Of a stretch of 64,000 bases of DNA, positions 15,001 to 20,815 are shown piece by piece; position 1 is the first letter of the stretch; each line of letters opens with the position of its first letter. The position numbers and the translations under genes are program-made. A model generated the notes under the pieces. It was not told the origin of the DNA. It did not search any database and worked only from the letters and a program-made list of their open reading frames with translations. Source of the stretch: Lichenihabitans sp. (GTDB lineage: Bacteria > Pseudomonadota > Alphaproteobacteria > Rhizobiales > Beijerinckiaceae); the NCBI GenBank assembly GCA_965214365.1, contig CBDCBM010000004.1, positions 1,926,881 to 1,990,880 of the forward strand. Direction: 5' to 3'.

Positions 15001-17395
15001 GCTGATAGCGGCCCTCGACAATACCGGCGACAGCCTGACGACCCGCACCGGCGGCGCCATACTCAATGCCGGCGGCCTGATCAACTGGACCAATCTCTTG
15101 GTCGGCACGACGCTCGGCGCGACCTCGACGGGCTCGACCGTGACTCTCGGCACGGCGACGAGCGGGGCTGGTCAGACCCTTCATGCCGCGCAAAACATCG
15201 ACTTCACGCAATTGACCGCGTCGAGCGGCGACATTGCCGTCACCTCCGACACGGGCTCCATCACCGGTGGCTCGCTCACCGCCCAGGGCTCGGCCACGCT
15301 GATAGCGGCCCTCGACAATACCGGCGACAGCCTAACGACCTGCACCGGCGCTGCGACAGTCAACGCCGGCGGCCTGATCCGGTGGACGACGATCTCCGCC
15401 GGCACGACGCTCGGCGCGACCTCGACAGGGTCGAGCATCACTCTCGGCACGGCGACGAGCGGAGCGGGGCAGACGATCCACGCCGCGCAAAACATCGCCT
15501 TCACGCAATTGACCGCGTCGAGCGGCGACATTGCCGTCACCTCCGACACGGGCTCCATCTCCGGTGGCTCGCTCACCGCCCAAGGCTCGGCCACGCTGAT
15601 AGCGGCCCTCGACAATACCGGCGACAGCCTGACGACCCGAACCGGCGCTGCGACACTCAACGCCGGCGGCCTGATCAGCTGGACCAATCTCTTGGTCGGC
15701 ACGACGCTGAACGCCATTTCGACAGGCTCGACCGTGAGCCTCGGCACGGCGACGAGCGGAGCGGGGCAGACGATCCACGCCGCGCAAAACATCGGCTTCA
15801 CGCAATTGACCGCGTCGAGCGGCGACATTGCCGTCACCTCCGACACGGGCTCCATCACCGGCGGTTCGCTCGACGCGCAGGGTTCGGCCACGCTGATAGC
15901 GGCACTCGACAATACCGGCGACAGCCTGACGACCCGCACCGGCGCTGCGACACTCAACGTCGGCGGCCGGATCAGCTGGACGACGGTCTCCGCCGGCACG
16001 ACGCTGAACGCCATTTCGACAGGCTCGACCGTGAGCCTCGGCACTGCGACGAGCGGGGCTGGTCAGACCCTTCACGCCGCGCAAAACATTGGCTTCACGC
16101 AATTGACCGCGTCGGGCGGCGACATTGTCGTGACGTCGGACAATGGTTCGATCGCCGGCGGTTCGCTCGACGCGCAGGGTTCGGCCACACTGACAGCGTC
16201 CGATGGGATCACCGGCCAGGATCTCATCGCGACGACGGGCTCGGCCACCCTGCTGGCGCACGGCGCGATCGACTGGCAGACGCTGTCGGCGGGCCGCAGC
16301 CTCGACGTCGTGTCGAGCGGGGACAGGATGAGCATCGGCACGGCGACGAGCGGCGGCAGTCAGCGGATCGGCGCCTTGGGCGACCTCACCTTCACTCATC
16401 TTGTGGCTCGGGGCATCGCCGGGGATCCGGGCGACGTGACGCTCGCAAGCCTCGCGGGGGATATTTTGGGCGGGGACATCGACGCGCATGGCTTCGCCGC
16501 CCTGTCGGCGCAGAACATCACCTTTGGGGCGCTCAACGCGCTCAAGGGCTTCACCATCACCTCGCCGGGTTCGGTGAAGGGCGCCAGCTTCTCGACCGAG
16601 GGGGCTGTCGTGCTCGACGCGCTGGGCGATGTGACGCTCGGCGCGGGCTCGTCCTCGAACCTCAACCTGAGTTCGCCCTCCTCCATCACGTTGACCTCGC
16701 TCAGCGCCAGCACGACGCTCAACCTCGAGGCGCCGACCATCTCCATCGGCACCCTGACCCAGGCGCCCGGCGTGAGCGGGCCGCTGCAGGTCAATATCAC
16801 TGGCTTTGGCGGTTCTTTGGGCACCAGCGCCACGATCTTCTTCGACGCGCCGAATGGGGTCGTCATCGGCAGCCTGCGCGAGACCGATGCCGCCTTCACC
16901 ACCAACGCCTCGAGTTTTTCGATCGCCCAGGGCTTCGTCGCCGACACGCTGTCGCTGAAGACCGCGACGCAATCGCTTTACATGAACAACGGCCTGTCGA
17001 CGCCTGTCGCCGGCTACGACGTGCAGCTCTTCGCGCTGGGCGACGCCTTCAGCCTGTCGACGGCCGGGCGCGGCACCTTCACCGACGCCTATGTGGTGCA
17101 ATATGCGACCGACATGGCGATCCAGGAGACGCTGTTCGGCCAGCTCTTCCCCGGCGGCAGCCTGACCCGCGACCTCGACCGCCAGTCCCATGCGGGCGAC
17201 GATCTCAGCTTCGACGCGCTCGACCCGACCGGCAAACCGGCGAGCTGGCGCTTCTCCCCCGGCGCCTTCGACGCCTATCTCAAAGGCATCGACCGGGGCG
17301 CCATCGGGACTTCGCCGGACCAGCCGGCCGTCAACACCGGTCCGGTGGTGGTCGGCTCCAACACGAATGGGCAGCAATTGCGGATCGGGCCGTGA
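2..17395 (+). CDS. Giant TpsA-type filamentous adhesin/haemagglutinin-like exoprotein (LktA/FHA-like beta-helical repeats), 5'-truncated by the window edge
   Basis: The ORF track gives 74..17395 (5773 aa), but the frame is open from position 2 (TVGTIHTGSLTISAAAGNEGSGQAVRS...), so the true start is upstream. The protein is G/A/S/T/V-rich with beta-helix-like repeats and lies directly upstream of a TpsB transporter. The signal peptide and TPS domain are not visible. Confidence 0.88.
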   Translation, partial: TVGTIHTGSLTISAAAGNEGSGQAVRSIAAAGAGGTYFGLGAAVSDSTASNLVTAGLGSTVDLSVSGMTHTAATNVSVTATDTSSVRADSYGFAFGSAAIGASIALTQRNTIITSELTGTANVTATTVAVNASSGGESWAYALGGAGGIYFAGSASVATSDDNASVTSDIHDGAVVAAGSAHPNSVTVSAAGTPDSKAFAFGVTVGGGGALGASVVLASASQHVLATVDADANLMASNDLSILAMGSVNGPIASDFPTNVQVPSSTDSFETGGASVSGWAIAGAGAILVGAQATVAEASNTSDVEATTGTKKKTASDGTQYDAGLALPIGNVTIEANNTTAQFARGYGVSAAGVAAIGIVIVRTESDTTTTAQVGAGAYSTSLGALANASGAVQSLNVLATGTDTSSARAQAGSGGIIAGSGVDGRTIDNSTVLAAIGNNVGIVTGAVTVAASHTINFKADTDSVQAALVGASGDYSSDTENATVTVQIGNGASLTSLDQLDATGVVSAPNALLITASNIFDRIGTGASSTGGAGGVISGAGASNDIEVTGFTHVLIGADAQLIDGTGGIALLATSAANVADKVVLTTGGAIAGAGVNDTVNVTLNNDVTLADSGAADAHPTLISSQGTVALATSATGNATSQALVSTYGAAVVGDAQSHANIAAYQTVAVGKYATIVGFDEVDVTAGLNTSGGTYDITNLNAYADGTANAQGLIGIPVAQSYSTAHSYTNVSIGTGAAVNGGGNVIVGAYHGTASSGADGTGHYNILGVPASNHFEQSSTDTSGDVNINGTVTAGIYHDQEITIDCGTGVACTAGSTPIVHVKLGGAAVTASDGTLKIDIAPGTSSAATNASFGTHNYNLAGYVSGIITAQGLSSSSDEATLLKAGVPQGLTKVVVLGQLFAGGGVVTINADTLEGAGTVTSYGHPTIDVVNNTAASLILLDGAYIPDHPASEVLFTGNAHTPPSSLHVLIDPGYNAATSPPEGVTITLAYNGAAQSLSDPTTGSNLGAYGPAFINVGDISNLGGQITLTNAKGWFAQFGAISGAGVTETAPYGGLVVSSPNQPFQAGGDPFAAWSHFENYIGNDGSSTTGYSLNHGSDGSYASGTTAIPAEANVDAFLYVAANLYIAENDPKRFTGIFFDTILGDNSLANIFAGTNILDGQLYGRSDYGDLSDSNGEIFTHLNTSYVFRDDCVSNGCYANSNGLGPYDDTNVYLLNPNNHGNSHDGIQFQYIPVVSLPGSYNLPSLGINTVTGTASYIASEIVKSNSTAINGTNTTTYNAANGFELTANDYNLTGQTTVSSKIFGGPIAINAAIIDINGAITSGRDNDYSLTIGSSLDTQLAGYRQAYLNGTGAATRTLDTGNSNITAVFDAADNVIKVNDIIASTGAGFVSLTGKIISTNALAQGLITVHGGLGQVTINNQTNVGIVIDNVDNGSVENGAALTSEVFIHDLLKTGVAAYDTTTYRYTPGQGVATYYSNGGAAWNSTGAVLSTSTTASTVTYNPVANARYYWDQEATLEKYDNNSYDTANPYAPWKFTTGNTSTPYTLKSSGVTTSEVSSNLFQETITATSSFTPLTYYYEDSTSSVADGEGFKGVYWTYDVVNKVDLILHNSVKADNQFNIQFLGNATSFLDITSDTAVDLAGTINNASGTTSIVVAGNAAPGNSDITTASTAHVTTKNLVLSTPGAIGSVASPFTAAISTGGVVKASAGASGVSLVFTGAAAIDSVSSQTTTNGATTYGDVSIAAQGSITAAGKHILTSHDSTGALQTSFATAGTVTTGSVVIGGVTLAGISVSDTNITGRNVSLSSNSGSIGTGSAPLVINANATVNPVTGALVDGTIRAIANGDIGLTGVGTTASAPSNFRIDLIKAGGNVTINVPNGIILDASGQTSSQVLSTDQLATIKQSLHLTVATGANQGASDNAIRPFEQSVDIAYANYESLLSNGTVSGGTFTLTAGGMPAYVQTVALQNDTAYQTLIGFGSVAGDGTFTLNSLGLANYRAAAAASLNLSATTVTDAQVQVYAQGLFASTSVDVLKGLVNNGQFSNSGTFTLTSTGIATYLTKALPSISSANQSAATTLLANSTIATDGTFSLTTAGIQTYLPQAIAGLSTTAQVSANALLSNGTVGSDGSFTLSAAGLLAYATAAATADNVTTATSTQIQAYASGLYATLVQQTQTFAGVQYNTLNLKSVQTYAQTLYANTKPSDTAIQAYASTQYSSDVSLFKQAFATSTDTAGAGWQTGLASVAQAPTINYKVATSSTLYTTLTQNGGTTTAFEDKIGTDYTSYQTLLANGQVSNGSITLTSAGVAALRQAATTGAIAATDAQVQAYAQAQYAADVSDFKQAFATTSDPTGAQWQAGLANSAATFVYRTSDVASGTIAATLTNGAVWTDQQLTLAVDQSAVQPAAALVGNSATASVVGQNITINAAGGVGQVAPAVFVSKSDLLGTSTDLATSTGIARIAQETAALAVATTPGTVVAHYDAQNNLTGYNVILTSPLFVSVVGTTATNGVTTTTGTVSASSANGAVLLQGTAQGGAGGDTLRIGSIAAQGDVNLAAPVSILDGGVSVGTPSIFTGGILTLQAGTGSIGSTAAPVTFEATTSINASAAHDVTLKSYGAVTVSRIGADSAAGTASLQAINRVDGGGTVVSAGSITGVAGAGGLAAIVLSGHSLILKADSTIGSSDLSLAVRTIGGALSGSAGGDVYLASPTVAGVLSPLTVSGFSGTGSVTVTADAELDFTGATSATGALNATGHSISMGQNASIAAGKAVNLTTTAGDISLGQVVSSVGTTPAISLKATGGAITGNGDGQVNLIAAASSVSLTASTGIGTAATLSVAARPVTLNAASLSASTSSGGILLATTTTLPSILGITAATSLDATSLTASSGTVGIMGVESLALDSVSAATLAAGSAGSIQIGTATIMNAATVNAGTTINVATSLNSTTGNVALTTTSGSITGGSVTASNLSLNSGSAIGSNSAAFGFTLRTGGILSGQASGFAKLAGTGDVAVSTLSSSGDLSLTSSVVLDIASSSSVAGLVSSTGGSVTLRGNSITMGAGAGVSASGSATLSAAGNIVLGQIKSTSAATSSAVINIEAGAASLGVPVTSGTGSISSNGDGQTNIFGTAAGVGATLNAGVSVGSVSVAIAEIAATADTGNITLVQKAALHATSLTASQGGVDVEGVQALTLDSATAGTTFTAKSTSGAITLGTVASVGPQHIDASGSINFHSLTTTGAAADIGLTSTSGAVKGTSTTLNAVTTLSSIGSARDVTVSGLSVALDGVTAARSALIASTGGSNTGASVTATTGTVTLSAGGTALSNGALTPLSGATLNWASVSAMTGTLTATADDTLTLRTVTTGGSQTIHAANTLSFTTLTTNGIAGDAGNVTLTSDAGSIAGGSIDAHGSAHLTTATLNSGQSVTAATGDTFIEGGTAVSWSIIQATLGNATVKADAGNLSVTSVSAGQTASLTATAGSILPVGSSSSLSSSNLVLTALDDVGVAGTGNGSPTPFGFTLGAGGTLSGAAGGSAWLLGTGDVAINRFSADAGLSLVTAGGITIKSVTGTLNGVTTTTTGLVSSLNGGVALRGNLITMQTGAGVSAGGSVSLSADGDITLGQVKSTSANTSAAVIDIEAGAATFGAPVTSGTGSILSNGDGQTNILDGVARTGAVLNAGDGVGSVSVAIAHLAADAGNGNITLVQKADVQATSLIALHGSVDVEGANALTLDGVTAGTAFIAKSTASTITIGTATSGLTQTILAQGDLDFHALTTTGVTADISLTSTLGAVAGQPVMVNGASIPSSIGSSRDVLVSGLSVTLDGVTAARSALIASTGGSNIGVNVTATTGTVTLSAGTTLDWTRVSALQGTLTATSADTITLGTSTTGGSQGIHAANGVSFTTLTTHGITGDAGDVTLTSDAGSIAGGSIGANGSAVLTALTTITGASLTTTTGSIDIETGSLASGTGGLIQWTELTAGTTLKTISGQGAITLGTATSGAGQTLHAHGAVDLTTITVNGGTLGVTSDTGTVTIGTATSGLTQTLEANGDLNFHALTTTGATSDISLTSTLGAVAGQPVMVNGASVPSSIGSARDVLVSGLSVTLDGVTAARSASIVSTGGSNTGVNVTATTGTVTLSAGATLDWTTVSALQGTLTATAADTITLGTSTTGGSQVVHAANGIGFTTLTTNGIASDAGDVTLTSDTGSITGGSIGAQGSAVLTALTTITGASLTTTTGSIDVETGSLAAGTGGLIHWTELSAGTTLTAVSGQGAITLGTATSGAGQTIHAHGAVDLTTIMANGGMLGVTSDTSTVTIGTATSGLTQTILAAQNIVFTQLTVSSGDIAVTSDTGSIRGGSIIAQGSATLTSAQDNTGDSLTTRTGGAILNAGGQISWTNLLVGTTLGATSMGSTVTLGTATSGAGQTLHATQNIGFTQLTASSGDIVVTSDNGSIVGGSLTAQGSATLIAAQDNTGDSLTTRTGGAILNAGGQISWTNLLVGTTLGATSTGSTVTLGTATSGAGQTLHATQNIGFTQLTASSGDIVVTSDTGSISGGSIGANGSAMLTALTTITGTSLTTTTGAIDVETGRLASGTGGLIHWTALSAGTTLTAVSGQGAITLGTATSGTVSGSTGTQTLHAHGAVGLTTVTANGGTLGVTSDTGTVTIGMATSALTQTILAQGDLNFHALTTTGATADILLTATLGAVAGQPAMVNGASVPSSIGSSRDVLVSGVSVTLDGVTAARSASIVSTGGSNTGTSVTATTGDVTLSAGATLDWTTVSALQGTLTATAADTITLGTSTTGGSQGIHAANGVGFTTLTTHGITGDAGDVTLTSDTGSITGGSIGAQGSAVLTAVTTITGTSLTTTTGSIDVETGSLASGKGGLIQWTALSAGTTLKAISGQGAITLGTATSGTFAGSVGTQTIHAHGAVDLTTIVANGGTLGVTSDTGTVTIGTATSGLTQTILAAQNIGFTQLTASSGDIAVTSDTGSITGGSLTAQGSATLIAALDNTGDSLTTRTGGAILNAGGLINWTNLLVGTTLGATSTGSTVTLGTATSGAGQTLHAAQNIDFTQLTASSGDIAVTSDTGSITGGSLTAQGSATLIAALDNTGDSLTTCTGAATVNAGGLIRWTTISAGTTLGATSTGSSITLGTATSGAGQTIHAAQNIAFTQLTASSGDIAVTSDTGSISGGSLTAQGSATLIAALDNTGDSLTTRTGAATLNAGGLISWTNLLVGTTLNAISTGSTVSLGTATSGAGQTIHAAQNIGFTQLTASSGDIAVTSDTGSITGGSLDAQGSATLIAALDNTGDSLTTRTGAATLNVGGRISWTTVSAGTTLNAISTGSTVSLGTATSGAGQTLHAAQNIGFTQLTASGGDIVVTSDNGSIAGGSLDAQGSATLTASDGITGQDLIATTGSATLLAHGAIDWQTLSAGRSLDVVSSGDRMSIGTATSGGSQRIGALGDLTFTHLVARGIAGDPGDVTLASLAGDILGGDIDAHGFAALSAQNITFGALNALKGFTITSPGSVKGASFSTEGAVVLDALGDVTLGAGSSSNLNLSSPSSITLTSLSASTTLNLEAPTISIGTLTQAPGVSGPLQVNITGFGGSLGTSATIFFDAPNGVVIGSLRETDAAFTTNASSFSIAQGFVADTLSLKTATQSLYMNNGLSTPVAGYDVQLFALGDAFSLSTAGRGTFTDAYVVQYATDMAIQETLFGQLFPGGSLTRDLDRQSHAGDDLSFDALDPTGKPASWRFSPGAFDAYLKGIDRGAIGTSPDQPAVNTGPVVVGSNTNGQQLRIGP
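5820..7100 (+). repeat. Coding repeats with an (L)xNGxxxxxGTFTLTxxG hairpin plus a YAQ/FKQAFAT helical motif inside the adhesin
   Basis: About six imperfect copies, e.g. LLSNGTVSGGTFTLTAGG, VNNGQFSNSGTFTLTSTG, LANSTIATDGTFSLTTAG, LLSNGTVGSDGSFTLSAAG. There are also two copies of DVSxFKQAFATxxDxxGAxWQxGLA. Confidence 0.75.
8940..11700 (+). repeat. Older diverged internal duplication, offset 1611 bp (537 aa)
   Basis: The anchor agcaa(c/t)ggcga (SNGDGQTN) occurs at 9350 and 10961. The flanking peptides FGFTLxxGGxLSG and VLGQ(I/V)KSTSAxTSxAVIxIEAGAA are shared between the copies. Confidence 0.8.
11250..14850 (+). repeat. Module A (~846 bp, 282 aa), three near-identical copies
   Basis: The anchor gcgcctcc(a/g)tcccatcctcgatcgg (GASxPSSIGS) occurs at 11391, 12237 and 14133. 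The first spacing is 846 bp. Module boundaries are approximate. Confidence 0.8.
12940..13700 (+). repeat. Module B (297 bp, 99 aa) tandem array, 3 copies (last one partial)
   Basis: The anchor gcaattgacc occurs at 12997, 13294 and 13591, with an exact 297-bp period. Confidence 0.88.
14850..16300 (+). repeat. Module B (297 bp, 99 aa) tandem array, 5 copies
   Basis: The anchor gcaattgacc occurs at 14911, 15208, 15505, 15802 and 16099, with an exact 297-bp period. Unit: QNIxFTQLTASSGDIAVTSDTGSITGGSLTAQGSATLIAALDNTGDSLTTRTG...TLGTATSGAGQT. Confidence 0.92.
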
Positions 17396-17552
17396 GACTC
17401 GGACTTTTAGTTAAACACGCTTGACGATTTTTGATGCCGGCCCGGTTTCCCTCGGGCGGACATGGATTAGAGTGGAACCTCAGTCGATGGTGCGTGGCGT
17501 ACCCGTGATCAAACCCGCGGCCTTATGTGAATCAGCGTGTGTCGGCAGCGAC

Positions 17553-19229
17553 ATGACACACGCCAGTGTCCTGATCCTGCTGTGCGCCGCCTTTATCATT
17601 CCGGCGTCGGTTGCCCATGCCCAGTCGGCTCCGCCGTCCGTGCCTCCGCGCATCGTCGATCCGGGGCTCATCGAACAGCAGAACCGGCGCAACCAGATCG
17701 AGATCGAGCAGCGCTCGGCGCCCGAGCTTTCGGGGCCGCCGGTGGTGGCGCCGAAGGCCAATCCCGCCGTCGTGGCGGCGCCGGGTGGCCCGACCTTCCT
17801 GTTGAAACAGGTGGTCTTCGATGCCTCGACGTTCCTGACGCGCCACGAGCTCGAGGCGCTGGCGGCCCCGCTCATCGGCCGCAGGATCGACATCGCCACG
17901 GTGCAGCGCCTCGTCAAATCGATCAACGACATCTATGCGGCGCGCCAGATCGCCACGGCGGCCGCCTATCTGCCGCCGCAGGATCTGAAGGCCGGCACCT
18001 TGCGGATCGGCATCGTCGAGGGGCGGCTCGGCAGGGTCGTGGTCAAGGGCAATGCGGCGCTGTCGGTGGATTTCCTCAAGGACCGGATCTCGGTCGAGCC
18101 GGGCCAGGTGGTGGACACCGGGGCGCTGGCCGACGATGTGGCGCGGTTCAACAAGACCGGCGTCGCGCAGATCCAGGCCTTCCTGCAGCCGGGCGCGCAA
18201 TTCGGCCTCACCGACATCGGGCTCGGCGTCGTCGAACCGCCCACCAACGCGCTGCAGCTTTTCGTCGACAATCAGGGCGTCAGCTCGGTGGGGCGGCTCG
18301 AGGGCGGCATGCTGTTCCAGCGCTACGCGCCGCTCGGCCTCGACGATAAGCTCACGGTCTACGCGGTGAAGTCGGAGGGCGACATCTCGGGCAACGTCGG
18401 CTACAACCTGCCCTTCGACACGCTGGGCGGGCGCGTCGGCGCCTCTTTTACGCGCGGCCATATTCACATCGTCAACGGGCCCTTCGTGCCGCTTGACATC
18501 GACGGCGACAGCACCTCGAGCGCCCTCAACTTGAGCCATCCTGTCTTCGTCGACCAGGAGTGGCTGCTGCTGGGCCTCGCTTCGCTGTCCTATGGCAAGT
18601 CGACCTCGCAGCAATCGAAAGTGTCGATCACCAACAACGACACGCTCAAGGGTACGGCGGGGTTCACGCTCGGCTATGCGGGGCAGGCCTTCACGGCGAG
18701 CGCGACGCCGACTTTTTCGCGCGCCCACACCGAGTTCCAGGTGACCAACGCGCGGACCGACTTCACCCTCTACGGCGGCACCTATTCGGCCTCCTACCGG
18801 CTGCCGGCCGAGTTTCTGGCCACGCTCGGGGGCGCCTTCCAGGTGGCGAACCGCGCCCTGATCCCCGGCGACAGCCTGTTCCAGGTCGGCGGTCCGACGA
18901 CGGTGCGCGGCTATCCGACGGATGCGCTGGCCGGCCCGACGGGCTATTACGGCAATCTCGAACTCCATCACGGGCTCGACGGGGTCGGCGAGACGATCGG
19001 CGCGCCGCCCTGGTTCCGCACCATCGACGCCTTCGCGTTCTACGACCGGGGCGCGGTCTATAATCCCTCCCCGAAGGCCGTGACGCTGAACTCCATGGGC
19101 GTCGGCCTGTCGGACGCCCTCACCAAATCCGTGCTAGCGGAGATCTCGGCCGGCTTCCCGATCAACGACGCGGTTCCCCGCCAGCCGGGCTACGCTCTCT
19201 ACTTCCGCCTCACGGCGAAGTTCGAATGA
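17553..19229 (+). CDS. TpsB (ShlB/FhaC/HecB family) outer-membrane two-partner secretion transporter
   Basis: From ATG 17553 (ORF track 17421) there is a signal peptide ending AHA-Q, a POTRA-like segment (LLKQVVFDAST...AYLPPQDLKAGTLRIGIVEG), a beta-barrel with the conserved VRGY motif (GGPTTVRGYP) and an aromatic C-terminus (YFRLTAKFE). Confidence 0.92.
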   Translation: MTHASVLILLCAAFIIPASVAHAQSAPPSVPPRIVDPGLIEQQNRRNQIEIEQRSAPELSGPPVVAPKANPAVVAAPGGPTFLLKQVVFDASTFLTRHELEALAAPLIGRRIDIATVQRLVKSINDIYAARQIATAAAYLPPQDLKAGTLRIGIVEGRLGRVVVKGNAALSVDFLKDRISVEPGQVVDTGALADDVARFNKTGVAQIQAFLQPGAQFGLTDIGLGVVEPPTNALQLFVDNQGVSSVGRLEGGMLFQRYAPLGLDDKLTVYAVKSEGDISGNVGYNLPFDTLGGRVGASFTRGHIHIVNGPFVPLDIDGDSTSSALNLSHPVFVDQEWLLLGLASLSYGKSTSQQSKVSITNNDTLKGTAGFTLGYAGQAFTASATPTFSRAHTEFQVTNARTDFTLYGGTYSASYRLPAEFLATLGGAFQVANRALIPGDSLFQVGGPTTVRGYPTDALAGPTGYYGNLELHHGLDGVGETIGAPPWFRTIDAFAFYDRGAVYNPSPKAVTLNSMGVGLSDALTKSVLAEISAGFPINDAVPRQPGYALYFRLTAKFE

Positions 19230-19313
19230 CCAGAGCCCGTCGCCCGGGGGCGAACAGGCTCCGACGCCAAAGCGGCCCCCTTGGTGGTCGCCCCACAAAC
19301 CCGAGGATTATCC

Positions 19314-20048
19314 ATGGCCGACGCACCGCTTTTCTACGATAGCGTGACCCCCCTCAACCGCGAGCGGCATCGCGACCTCAAGCTGGCGGTGCCGGACAAG
19401 CCGTTCGGCTTTGCGGCGGGGGCGCATATGATCCCGGCCCTGGCGGAAGAGTTCGGCGCTGCGGCGCGGCATCTGCCGATCCTGTTCCTGCCGGGCGCGA
19501 GCCAGCCGAGCCCGGTCTTCCTGGTCGGCCTGCGGCCGGGCCGCAACGGCTTCGTCAACGAGGACGGCGCCTGGTCGGCGGGCTACCTGCCAGCCTATCT
19601 GCGCCGCTATCCCTTCATCATCGGCGAGATGGAGGGCGCCGAGCCGCTGATCTGCCTCGATGAGGGTTCGGACCGGCTCTCGCGCGAGGCGGGGCGGCCC
19701 TTCTTCGCCCAGGACGGCACCGACACGCCGCTCCTCGCCGAGATCGTCAAGCTCACCGGCGACTACTTGAACGCCGCCAAGCGGACCGAGGCCTTGATGG
19801 TGGCGCTCCAGACGCACGACCTTCTGCGCCCCATCACCATCGAGGCGCGGCCGAGCGACCCTTCGGCTGGCGGCAACACGTCGAGTGCCGTGATGCACGG
19901 CCTCCTGGCCCTCGACGAACACAAGCTCAACGCTCTGCCCGACGACCAAATCCTCGACCTCAGACGCCAGGGTTTTCTCGGCCCCCTCTACGCCCACCTC
20001 ATCAGCCTCGCATCCGTCGATCGATTGAGGGAGAGCAACCCATCATAG
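19314..20048 (+). CDS. SapC family protein
   Basis: Shine-Dalgarno gagga precedes ATG 19314. Motifs PLFY..VTPLN.ERH, EEF..AARHLPILF, YLPAYLRRYPF and LDE.KL..L......L...G.LG.LYAHLISL match SapC-family proteins as I know them. Confidence 0.85.
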   Translation: MADAPLFYDSVTPLNRERHRDLKLAVPDKPFGFAAGAHMIPALAEEFGAAARHLPILFLPGASQPSPVFLVGLRPGRNGFVNEDGAWSAGYLPAYLRRYPFIIGEMEGAEPLICLDEGSDRLSREAGRPFFAQDGTDTPLLAEIVKLTGDYLNAAKRTEALMVALQTHDLLRPITIEARPSDPSAGGNTSSAVMHGLLALDEHKLNALPDDQILDLRRQGFLGPLYAHLISLASVDRLRESNPS

Positions 20049-20199
20049 GACAGTACCTGAAGCTCTCGAAGCAAAGAGAGAGGTAATTGAACCGGGAAAT
20101 CAACTTATCTCGTGTCAACAGCCGATTGGTTGCTATGTGATTGGGGAAAGACCTACCGAATGTTAGACAGAAATAGCGATTAATCTCAGCGCCAGAATA

Positions 20200-20815
20200 T
20201 AGATTGGCGGGTTTAGACTCACAGTTGGATTCCCAGAGTGTTGAAAGCCTGATTGATTGCGAGCACGGATGAGCTTGCATGGAGGCTTAATGGGCGTGGC
20301 AGTTTGCCTGATCCGAGAGGATCACGCGGCGTCGGAGCTTCGTGCCGAAGCGGCGAGGACCAAGGAGGCGCCGCCGTCCGGCGATCGCGACGATTAAGGA
20401 GGGCATCGCGGGACCGGGCCCAAAAGTTGACGACGTCATTCGCTGGCGCTGCATCGATCTTTGCGCGCAGGTCTCCCAACGGTTTTCGGTCACGGTTTCG
20501 GCGGGCACGATGGCCAAATGGCTGCGTAAGCCGGGCTCACCCACGTGCAGCCTTGCCCGTATCATCCAAGACTGACCTGGCCGCGCAGGAGCTTTTCAAA
20601 AAAGCTTCGGCACGAGCGTGAAAACCGCCTTGGCTGGGCCCCACGAGGCCAAGCCCGTCAAGATCTGATTTCAGGATGAAGCGCGGGTCGGACAGAAAGG
20701 CTCGCTCAGCTACGTCTGGGCTCCGGTGGGCTCCCGGCCCCCCATGGTGTGCGACAATCGTCACGACACCGCCTACATTTTCGGTGCGATCTGCCCCGCA
20801 CGCGGTAACTGGCGT
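20200..20815 (+). mobile_element. IS630-family insertion sequence remnant (degraded transposase pseudogene)
   Basis: ggagg precedes ATG 20290 (MGVAVCLIREDHAASELRAEAARTK). Then come a winged-HTH piece (DDVIRWRCIDLCAQVSQRFSVTVSAGTMAKWLRK), the slippery ttttcaaaaaag at 20593-20604, and the DDE start KPVKI*FQDEARVGQKGSLSYVWAPVGSRP...FGAICPARG with W>TGA at 20666. It has an internal deletion and is truncated at the 3' end. Boundaries are approximate. Confidence 0.85.

Noticed and set aside
12940-16300. Regularly spaced identical sequence as a possible CRISPR or other non-coding array
   Set aside because: The period is 297 bp, the whole unit is repeated in frame within a CDS, and there are no unique spacers or cas genes.
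448-17424. Many long alternative-frame and antisense ORFs inside the adhesin (e.g. 14650..17424 +, 15332..17377 -, 13418..15211 -)
   Set aside because: These are shadow ORFs produced by high GC, strong codon bias and the tandem repeats. The translations are R/G/H/A-rich with no domain motifs.
2-19229. Contact-dependent inhibition (CdiA/CdiB/CdiI) interpretation of the TPS locus
   Set aside because: There is no recognisable pre-toxin motif or toxin domain and no immunity ORF after tpsA.
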